A stretch of 64,000 nt of DNA, from contig CAWHBU010000009.1 of assembly GCA_963827685.1 (NCBI GenBank), forward strand, positions 1-64,000. Direction: 5' to 3'. Positions 56,226-64,000 of this stretch are shown here, in pieces; position 1 is the first letter of the stretch, and each line of letters opens with the position of its first letter. A program made the position numbers and the translations under genes. Below the pieces are notes generated by a model that worked only from the letters and a program-made list of their open reading frames with translations, made no database searches and had not been told where the DNA came from. The DNA comes from an uncultured delta proteobacterium (GTDB lineage: Bacteria > Desulfobacterota > BSN033 > UBA1163).

Positions 56226-57208
56226 TAAGTCGCCTTTCCCCGAGTTTGAAAATGTTTCTTCCACAAATAGGCGATGCCCCCTGTAATGCCCTGTGGCATA
56301 AAAATAATCAGGATGACCAAAGCCAAGCCATTGATAAACAATCGGATCTCCACAACTGCCTGCAAAAATTCAGATATCAAAATCATGATAACAGGTCCTA
56401 ATATCGTACCTACTACGCTACCGATACCCCCCACGGTTAGATAAACTAAAGCATCAAACCCCGTGTGGAAACTGGCATCGTTAGGGGTAAGGACGCCAAT
56501 ATACGATGCATATAAGACCCCGCCGAGCCCTGCTAAGATACTACTAAGCACAAAGGCCTGGACTTTTACCCACATCGTGTTGATTCCCACGGATTGGCAA
56601 AGATCCTCGTCTTCCTTAATCGCAGCAAGACATTTCCCGATTCGCGAATCCTTTATGAAATACATTACAAGCCAAAACACCAAAAGAAAGAAAAGAATAA
56701 GATAATATTGGGACGTTTTAGAATTGAAGTCGAGTGCAAAAAATGGTCCTGGAATAATTCCCGGGCCAGGAATACCTACTAATCCATTAACCCCTCCGGT
56801 GAGGCTAGTAAGGTTCCTAATGATGGCAACAAGGATTATGTTAAAACCCAGTGTTACGATAACAAAATAGGGTCCTTTAAGTCTGAGGGAAGGTATCCCA
56901 ATCAAGAGTCCGATAATTCCTGTCGCTGCGCCAGCCATTGGAAAAGCCAACCAGAAACCGATGCTCAGTTTTGTAACGAGAACACCATAAACATATGCCC
57001 CTGCACCAAACAATCCCCCATGAGCCAGTGAGAGTTGTCCTCCATAACCAAAAATGATATTCAAACTCAGACAGAGCATGGTCCAAAGTAATATCACGGT
57101 CGCCATGTGCAGAAAGAAACCCGTCGTAGAAATTGCGGGAATGATGATCAGAAAAACTATACCCGCGATACCAAAAAGAAATCTTGGAGACAATGATGCT
57201 CTAGCCAT
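56225..57208 (-). CDS. livM: LivM-type ABC permease
   Basis: GYGGQLSLAH, LRLKGPYFVIVTL, TGGVNGL. Confidence 0.88.
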   Translation of the reverse strand: MARASLSPRFLFGIAGIVFLIIIPAISTTGFFLHMATVILLWTMLCLSLNIIFGYGGQLSLAHGGLFGAGAYVYGVLVTKLSIGFWLAFPMAGAATGIIGLLIGIPSLRLKGPYFVIVTLGFNIILVAIIRNLTSLTGGVNGLVGIPGPGIIPGPFFALDFNSKTSQYYLILFFLLVFWLVMYFIKDSRIGKCLAAIKEDEDLCQSVGINTMWVKVQAFVLSSILAGLGGVLYASYIGVLTPNDASFHTGFDALVYLTVGGIGSVVGTILGPVIMILISEFLQAVVEIRLFINGLALVILIIFMPQGITGGIAYLWKKHFQTRGKAT

Positions 57209-57212
57209 TATC

Positions 57213-58073
57213 CTATCCGCGACCCCCCAATATTCCTTTAGGTCTAAAAAGAAGAATAGCAATCATAATCCCAAAAATCGCTATGTCGCTAAAGACGGAA
57301 GAAAAATATTGTGTTGAAAGCACTTGGGCGCCTGCCATGATGAACGACCCCAGAACGGCTCCGGAGAGGTTACCCATTCCACCAAAGATAACTGCCGCAA
57401 AAGCTATCAACAACGGTGTCATTCCCATGGCCGGGTAAACAAAACTAACTGGAGCCATTAGTGCGCCCGCTACGCCAGCTAACCCAGTGCTAATCATAAA
57501 GGCAAGTAGAGACATTTGATTCACATTTATCCCGACCATGAGCGCTAGCTCCTTATTCTGGGACATTGCATCTAAGCTCATACCTGTTCTTGTTCTCTTG
57601 ATAAAATACTGCAAAATAGCCATAACTAAAAATGTGCCCAAAATGAGCAATAACCGCTGTCCCCCGATTGTAACACCATAACAATCCAATATTCTCTTCC
57701 AGGGTGCTTCCACCTCTTTATAATCTGCCCCAAAAAAAATAACGATCAGGCCCTCGATCGCCATCAAAACTCCTAAAGCGACTACAAAGGAATTAACATG
57801 AGGTGCATTGCGCACCGGTCTAAAACACACCCTCTCAATCACCAATCCCACAGCGCCCATGATGAGGATGGTTGCTAAAAAAACAAACCAATAATTTATC
57901 CTAAATAGGGACCCCAAAAGGAAAACCACGTATGCTCCTGCCATGTATAGGTTGCCCTGTGCAAAATTCGGGACGTGCATTATTCCATAAACAAGGGTAA
58001 GCCCTGAGGCTACAAGGCAATATATACTCCCCAGAACCAACACATTAAGCACCTGTTGAAGTAACTCCGCCAT
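57213..58073 (-). CDS. livH: LivH-type ABC permease
   Basis: GSIYCLVASGLTL, NFAQG, FRPKGILG. Confidence 0.9.
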   Translation of the reverse strand: MAELLQQVLNVLVLGSIYCLVASGLTLVYGIMHVPNFAQGNLYMAGAYVVFLLGSLFRINYWFVFLATILIMGAVGLVIERVCFRPVRNAPHVNSFVVALGVLMAIEGLIVIFFGADYKEVEAPWKRILDCYGVTIGGQRLLLILGTFLVMAILQYFIKRTRTGMSLDAMSQNKELALMVGINVNQMSLLAFMISTGLAGVAGALMAPVSFVYPAMGMTPLLIAFAAVIFGGMGNLSGAVLGSFIMAGAQVLSTQYFSSVFSDIAIFGIMIAILLFRPKGILGGRG

Positions 58074-58216
58074 ATCCCTCTGCCCGCCTACTTCATTGTT
58101 TTGCTTCTATTAGCCTGCCGAATCCATCCCATCATTTATTCGACGCCAAAGATTCTCGGCAGGTTTGTCTGTCAGATATTCAGCAATATATTAGAGAGTG
58201 TCTTTGTTATAACCTG

Positions 58217-60022
58217 TCAGTCGGAAAACAGATCGGGCGTTATTTCAGCCGTCAATCCATCGCTATGCAGCAACCGGGTGGCCAAGCCTTGAATCTTCGG
58301 AAGTTCATACTCAAAGAAAAAACGGAAGGCGAAGAATTTACCGTTATAAAAATTTGCCTCTGCCCCAGCCGGGCTATTCCTCAGGGCCTTCACCACGGCT
58401 GTAGCCTGGAGAAGCCATTGCCAGGCCACACTGATGATTCCAAAGAACTCTAAGTAGAGTGTGGCGTCAGCCAAAAAGACTTCAGGCGTTTCCTTTTTCT
58501 GCACCTCCATCAGATAGGCGGTCACCTGTTGAAGCGTTTCCAGCGCCTGTTTGAGTTTCTGCACGTATGACTCGAGCTCTTCAAATTTTTCCGCTTGACG
58601 AATTGTTTTTCGCACTTCCTCCAGATAGAGTTTGTAAGCCTTCCCGCCCTTCATGATGACCTTTCGACCCAGAAGGTCTAATCCCTGTATCCCCGTGGTG
58701 CCCTCATGGATCGGATGAATCCGTGCGTCCCGATAATATTGTTCTAAAGGATAGTCATCGCAGTAGCCCGACCCGCCCAGACATTGTACCCCCTGGCTAA
58801 TTGAAAGCACACCCATTTCCGATGGATAGCTCTTGGCAACCGGAGTCAGGAGGTCTAATAAGAGCTCATTCTTTTCCTTTTCTTCTCCAGTGAGAACGAT
58901 GGTGAGATCGGCATATTTCGCACTTTGCATCAGCAAAGAGAGAGCGCCCTCTGTCACGGAACGTTGAAAAAGCAACATGCGCTTCACATCAGGGTGTTCG
59001 ATGAGAGGAATTTGGGGGAGGGTGGGATCCTTGGTCGACAATTTTCTGCCCTGAAGTCGCGTTTTGGTGTACTCCAAGGCCGCATAATAGGCGGCCGAAG
59101 CAATGGCTGCGGCCCCTGCTCCTACTCCGATTCGTGCCTCGTTCATCATCTGAAACATAAGAAGGAGTCCTTGATGGGGTTCACCCACTAAGTAGCCCCG
59201 GCAGTCGTCGCTGTCCCCCATACTGAGTTGAGCAATGGGACATCCTCGATAACCGAGCTTGTGAAAAACTCCGGAGGTGACCACGTCGTTGGAAACCAAT
59301 TGGCCTTTCTCGTCCATTCGCTTTTTGGGTACGACGAAAAGCGAAATGCCCTTTACGCCGGCAGGGGCGCCTTGAATCTTGGCCAGCATGAGATGAACCA
59401 CATTTTCAACCCCGTTGTGGTCTCCAGCCGATATAAATATCTTTTGACCCTTGATTTTATAGTAGCCGTGATCCGTAGGCTCAGCCATCGTTGTAATGTC
59501 GGCGAGCGAACTTCCCGCTTCGGGTTCGGTTAAGGCCATGGTTCCCTGCCACGTTCCAGCAAGCATCTTGGGAAGATAGGTTTTCTTCAGGTCCTCCTTT
59601 CCAAAGTTTAGAATGAGACGGGCGGCTCCTGTTGTCAATCCAGTATAGGCAGCCGCTGAATAATTGGCTGCACAAAAAATGAATCTGGAACCCATGGTGA
59701 TCATTTGAGGAAGCTGCTGTCCTCCCCACTCAAAAGGGATGTCATCACCAATCCAGCCCCCTGTGCCGCTTTCCTCTAAAAGCTTTCTCACCGAGGAGTG
59801 AACTTTGATCTGATCGCCAACCAATTCCGGTGGATTCTTGTCCATTTCCTGACAGATAGGCCAAAGAAGCCCCCCGGCCAGTTCCATCGCTGCCTTTAGG
59901 ACCATATCAAGCATTTTGCCATCGTATTCTTTATAGTAATCGTATTGGGTCAGCGACGCGACATCAAAGACTTCATGAAGTAAAAACTTCAAATTCCTTT
60001 CACTGATAAACTTGGATGCCAT
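58217..60022 (-). CDS. Acyl-CoA dehydrogenase (long form, about 600 aa)
   Basis: GTMALTEPEAGS, GQKIFIS, MMNEAR, IHEGTTGIQ. Confidence 0.93.
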   Translation of the reverse strand: MASKFISERNLKFLLHEVFDVASLTQYDYYKEYDGKMLDMVLKAAMELAGGLLWPICQEMDKNPPELVGDQIKVHSSVRKLLEESGTGGWIGDDIPFEWGGQQLPQMITMGSRFIFCAANYSAAAYTGLTTGAARLILNFGKEDLKKTYLPKMLAGTWQGTMALTEPEAGSSLADITTMAEPTDHGYYKIKGQKIFISAGDHNGVENVVHLMLAKIQGAPAGVKGISLFVVPKKRMDEKGQLVSNDVVTSGVFHKLGYRGCPIAQLSMGDSDDCRGYLVGEPHQGLLLMFQMMNEARIGVGAGAAAIASAAYYAALEYTKTRLQGRKLSTKDPTLPQIPLIEHPDVKRMLLFQRSVTEGALSLLMQSAKYADLTIVLTGEEKEKNELLLDLLTPVAKSYPSEMGVLSISQGVQCLGGSGYCDDYPLEQYYRDARIHPIHEGTTGIQGLDLLGRKVIMKGGKAYKLYLEEVRKTIRQAEKFEELESYVQKLKQALETLQQVTAYLMEVQKKETPEVFLADATLYLEFFGIISVAWQWLLQATAVVKALRNSPAGAEANFYNGKFFAFRFFFEYELPKIQGLATRLLHSDGLTAEITPDLFSD

Positions 60023-60169
60023 CTTCGTATCCTCCTGTCTCTAAAGGGCTAAATCAACTCTACGACTATGCTTTGTAACCTTATCCTGAGCCGTTAGCAA
60101 GTGCCTGGTACTGCTCCGTTAAGTAAGTATGATGAATCGTCGCAAATGATCATTCTCTCTTTTTTACTC

Positions 60170-60277
60170 TTAACCAAAAGGAATATCCGAACCGAAAAGG
60201 ATTCTCTCATGCCCGATGGTGTCCATAAACTTCATCACTGTATTGAAGCTCGCCCGGGCTGTATCGAGGTAACTCAT
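60170..60277 (-). pseudogene. Amidohydrolase_2 C-terminal fragment
   Basis: YLDTARASFNTVMKFMDTIGHERILFGSDIPFG*. Confidence 0.55.
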
Positions 60278-60670
60278 TAAGCGCACTTTCCATATTGAGA
60301 GGACATTGATTCCCAAAGGTAATTTTACAAAGGTAATTTTACTTGCATTGCTTCATATTTTTTGATACGATGCACCCTCAAATCATATAAGACTGACATT
60401 GGGAGACAGAGAATCCAACAAGACCTCGATGAGGATGGCCCTGGTGGAGGCTGGCAAGGAAGGGGGAATTTTAGCAGGAGCCTTTTCTTAAAAGGAGATC
60501 AGGTGCCGGAACAGAGCATATTCGCTGCATGGAGACCAGCGATCTGCTACTCACGGGGAGGTCCTCGTTCTCCGAAAAGGAGGAGAGAGAATTCAGTTGA
60601 ATAAGGTTTTTGAATAGCCCGAGCCCTCTGATTAAGTCATGACTCGGGTTTTTCTACTAAAGAGGAGGGG

Positions 60671-60800
60671 CTGGAGACGGCAACGAAACTGATATTGATA
60701 TTGAAGCTGTATGTGAGCGGGGAGACGGTGCGGCCTCGCAAAAAGCAATCATGGATTTAGAAAGGATACTGAACGAAGAGGAGAGTTTAAGAGGCAGTGT
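60671..60800 (+). pseudogene. kaiB: KaiB-like remnant
   Basis: GAGGAGG SD; LILKLYVSGET then a frameshift to SQKAIMDLERILNEE, matching the KaiB N-terminus. Confidence 0.6.
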
Positions 60801-60884
60801 AAAAACGGCAGTGAATCGAAAACTCGCAATGCTTGAGCTAAAAGAGAAGATGAAAAGGCTGGAGATGAAATTAGGAGAGGAGTC

Positions 60885-62789
60885 TTGAGGTTAAGACTTA
60901 AGATTCGGTATAAGGTTGCGTTCATTTTTTGTTTGCCCGCCCTCATTCTTGTTTGTGTTGGAGAAATCATCGGCTATTTCTGGGGATATCATCCTTTACG
61001 AAATACCATTTTGGTTTCGGCTATTTTGTTTGCGTTCTTGCTGCCCATCGCCTTTATTTCCGGAGGGATTCTTGTCAAGTCGATCGAGAAACTGCGTCAG
61101 GCCACGGAAGAAATTGCCAGGGGCAATCTCGATTGCCCGATAGACATTAAGAGCGGCGATGAGATGGAACAGCTCGCGGATTCCTTTAACGAGATGATTG
61201 CAACGATCAAGGAAAACCGGGGGCAAATCGCAGAACGATCTGCTCCGCTTAAGAAGCCCATCCCAGTGCGGTATCAGAAAATCCTTAAGACTTCCGCAAA
61301 GGCGACTTTAAATGTTTTGGAAGATTTGTTAAAGGCAAAAGACGACCTGGAGTTAAGCCAGCAAAGCTTTCATAGTATTGTAGAAAAAAGCGCTGACGCC
61401 ATTATCATTGTGGACCGAAATGGATTGGTGTGCTATGTGAATCCCGCTGCGGAAAGTATCTTTGGGCGCAATCAAGAAGACCTTATCGACGATCCGTTCG
61501 GCATACCGTTGAATCACGACAGGACAGAGATCGGTATCTTCCGTTTAAAAGGAGGACGAGGGACGGGTGAGATGACGGTAACTGAAACGACCTGGTTGGG
61601 CGAAAAGGCTGACCTGGTAACGATCCACGACATCACCGAGAGAAAGAGTGCAGAGGAAAAACTGATAAAATTAGACCAGTTAAAAACGGACTTTGTCTCT
61701 ACCGTTTCCCATGAACTGCGTACGCCCTTGACGATCATGGGAGAGTACGCCTCCATCATTTCCGATGAAATACCGGGCAAGCTCAACTCGGAACAGAGGG
61801 AATACCTGTCCATTATCGAAGGCAATATCGATCGCTTGAGCGGAATCATCGAAGACCTCTTGGATATTTCTAGGATTGAAGCCGAGAAGGTGGTATTAAA
61901 AAGGGAATTTGTGGATCTGGCCTCCATCATCAACGATGTGGTCACTCAATTCAAGCCGAAAGCAGTTGAAAAACAGATTGAATTTAAAACCGTATTCCCT
62001 GCGTCCTTGCCGCCGCTCTATATCGATGCCGACAGGATAAGGCAGGTCTTTACAAATTTAATCGGAAATGCCATCAAATTTACACCGACAAACGGTAAGA
62101 TTATCGCTGAGATTATCGACAACGAAAAGGAATTCGAATGTCGTGTCACCGATACGGGGATCGGGATTGCGCCGGAGAATCTGGACAAAGTATTCACGCG
62201 ATTTGAGCAGTTTTCGCGGATGGAGGGGTCGGGAGCCAAGGGGACGGGCTTAGGATTGGCCATCACGGAAGCATTAATTCAACTGCATCATGGCAGAATC
62301 TGGGTGGAATCAGAGCCTAATAAAGGCAGCAAATTTATCTTTACGCTGCCTAAATACAGCCCTGCAGCACTGCTCCATGAACATGTCATGAACAGTATCA
62401 AAGAGGCAGCAACAAGTGCTTTGGCAATGACTCTTTTTAATATATCCCTTGCCGACCCAAGCAAATTGAAAGAAGAATTTTCCCAGGAGAGGCTCGATTC
62501 CATTTTAAAAGAAATCGAAGGGCTGCTGCGGAAAAGCCTGCGCGGGAGAGGGGATATTGTCCTGAGGGATTCAAGTGGATTGGTATATTTCCTGGTTAAT
62601 TGTGACAAAGAGGATGCTTTGAAAGTGGAGAGTCGGTTAAGACAGAAATTGTCCGATTATCTGGTCGGCCAGGGACTGGCTGAGAAGGTAAAATTACATT
62701 TTGGCCGCGCCACCTACCCAGATGACGCGACCAGTGCGGAAGAATTGATGAAGAAGGCGAGACCCGAGGTTGATACTTCAAAGACATGA
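60885..62789 (+). CDS. Sensor histidine kinase (2TM-HAMP-PAS-HisKA-HATPase + degenerate GGDEF-like domain)
   Basis: SGDEMEQLADSFNEM, VNPAAE, VSHELRTPL, NLIGNAIKF, GTGLGL; C-terminal GRATYPDDA. Confidence 0.9.
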   Translation: MRLRLKIRYKVAFIFCLPALILVCVGEIIGYFWGYHPLRNTILVSAILFAFLLPIAFISGGILVKSIEKLRQATEEIARGNLDCPIDIKSGDEMEQLADSFNEMIATIKENRGQIAERSAPLKKPIPVRYQKILKTSAKATLNVLEDLLKAKDDLELSQQSFHSIVEKSADAIIIVDRNGLVCYVNPAAESIFGRNQEDLIDDPFGIPLNHDRTEIGIFRLKGGRGTGEMTVTETTWLGEKADLVTIHDITERKSAEEKLIKLDQLKTDFVSTVSHELRTPLTIMGEYASIISDEIPGKLNSEQREYLSIIEGNIDRLSGIIEDLLDISRIEAEKVVLKREFVDLASIINDVVTQFKPKAVEKQIEFKTVFPASLPPLYIDADRIRQVFTNLIGNAIKFTPTNGKIIAEIIDNEKEFECRVTDTGIGIAPENLDKVFTRFEQFSRMEGSGAKGTGLGLAITEALIQLHHGRIWVESEPNKGSKFIFTLPKYSPAALLHEHVMNSIKEAATSALAMTLFNISLADPSKLKEEFSQERLDSILKEIEGLLRKSLRGRGDIVLRDSSGLVYFLVNCDKEDALKVESRLRQKLSDYLVGQGLAEKVKLHFGRATYPDDATSAEELMKKARPEVDTSKT

Positions 62790-62836
62790 GGCGATGAGGA
62801 CTAAATCTGCAATGGCCTCTTAAAAAGGGAGATGAA

Positions 62837-63229
62837 ATGATGACCAAGAAGAAGATTTTGGTTGTAGAAGACGAAGCTGAATTAACCAGAGCCCTTCAGA
62901 TTAGGCTGGAGCAGGCCGGTTACGAAGTCCTGATCGCTTATGATGGCAAAGAGGCATTGGAAAAAGCGAGAGGAGAAAATCCTGACTTGATTGTATTGGA
63001 CCTGATGCTACCCAAAATAGACGGCTACAAGGTTTGCCGGATGCTCAAATTTGATGAAAAGTATAAGAAAATTCCCGTTGTGATGCTTACAGCCCGCGCT
63101 CAAGAAAAGGATGAAAGCCTCGGCTATGAAGTAGGAGCGGATGTTTTTATCACGAAGCCTTTCAAATATCAAGTGCTCCTAACCAAGATAAGAGAATTAC
63201 TTGGAGAGGGTATTTCAAAAACTCCATAG
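62837..63229 (+). CDS. Single-domain response regulator
   Basis: ILVVEDE, LDLMLP, LTA, TKP. Confidence 0.93.
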   Translation: MMTKKKILVVEDEAELTRALQIRLEQAGYEVLIAYDGKEALEKARGENPDLIVLDLMLPKIDGYKVCRMLKFDEKYKKIPVVMLTARAQEKDESLGYEVGADVFITKPFKYQVLLTKIRELLGEGISKTP

Positions 63230-63263
63230 CAGCAGACTCATTGAGATGTCCCTCGATTGATAT

Positions 63264-64000
63264 TTACTCAATCAGACTTCGGATCACCTTCATATTTTTC
63301 AGGTCTTCGATGGTATCTTTCCTCGGGGTCTCCATGATGCCGGGGAGGTGCCTTAACAAAGGATGGTTGACCAGATTTCTAAATCCTTCCAGCCCGATAT
63401 ATCCTTCACCAATATGCCAATGTCGGTCTTTTTTCGATCCCAAAGGAGTCTTTGAATCGTTGAGATGAAGAAGATGGAGTCGTTTCAGGCCGATCGTTTG
63501 ATCGAATTTTTCAAGGGTCCTCTCGATTCCATCTTGATTCGAGAGATCATAGCCTGCCTCAAAAGAATGGGCGGTGTCGAGGCAGACCCCCATTCTTTGA
63601 TGGTCGTGAACTCCTTCGATGATTTTTTTGATCTGATCAAAAGCATATCCAATCTCCGTCCCCTGTCCTGCTGTGTTCTCCATCAGGAGAATGACCGCAT
63701 TCTTCACCTTTTCAAAGGCCTGATCAATCCCTTGTGAGACGGCCTCAATGGCTTGATCTTCCGAGGATTCCATCCGATGACCGATATGAATGATCAGGTA
63801 TTGGGCTCCCAGTTGCTCTGCCCTTTGAAGATCTGTGGCGATGGAATCGATTGACCGTTTGTAGAATTTTGATTTAAAGGAAGCAATATTGGGGAGGTAG
63901 GGCATGTGGAGGAAGATTGGGAAGAGGTCAGAGGATTGAATGGATGACCGGAATGCTTCCACCTCCTTTTTATTCAGAGGAGAATATTTCCATCCCCTTG
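63264..64000 (-). CDS. nfo: Endonuclease IV (5' end outside the window)
   Basis: HMPYLPN, ENTAGQG, CLDTAH, HLNDS, DRHWHIGEG, METP; frame open to the window end. Confidence 0.95.
   Translation of the reverse strand, partial: RGWKYSPLNKKEVEAFRSSIQSSDLFPIFLHMPYLPNIASFKSKFYKRSIDSIATDLQRAEQLGAQYLIIHIGHRMESSEDQAIEAVSQGIDQAFEKVKNAVILLMENTAGQGTEIGYAFDQIKKIIEGVHDHQRMGVCLDTAHSFEAGYDLSNQDGIERTLEKFDQTIGLKRLHLLHLNDSKTPLGSKKDRHWHIGEGYIGLEGFRNLVNHPLLRHLPGIMETPRKDTIEDLKNMKVIRSLIE

Noticed and set aside
60398-60655. Possible c-di-AMP (ydaO) riboswitch or structured leader before kaiB
   Set aside because: GAATCC..GGAAGGGGGAA and CCCGAGCCC are present, but GGGGTGAATC and CAGCTAAC are not; support is insufficient without a covariance search.

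Overview
Bacterial chromosomal window, most consistent with an anaerobic Desulfobacterota (deltaproteobacterial) genome; this is inferred from gene content and order. Core genes: tRNA-Ala(CGC), galT, dksA, rlpA, rnc, mtaB, asd and nfo. Transporters: Opp, two Liv-type ABC systems, NitT/TauT ABC, ChrA and MFS. Main points: (1) A minus-strand operon at 1-6.4 kb links Fe-S proteins, SCP2, an ABC importer with an apparently asymmetric ATPase pair, a selenoprotein the ORF track splits (in-frame UGA plus SECIS hairpin) and LarC/LarA-like genes. (2) An integron-type cassette array lacking an integrase at 23.7-29.1 kb has a Pc-like promoter, an attI-like junction and three attC sites; it carries an Fe-S protein, an MjaI-type R-M system, a BrnTA remnant and DUF6429, with an IS1182 inserted at an attC GTT. 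(3) Dispersed heptamer-periodic hairpin elements and several REP-like families insert into one another; between rnc and a radical SAM gene one heptamer element contains REPs and an IS630 that itself contains an IS200. (4) An AT-richer catabolic region at 45.4-60 kb starts at a decayed RAYT flanked by 23-bp direct repeats. Several deletion-type pseudogenes are present. All calls come from reading the sequence and motifs; no database searches were run.
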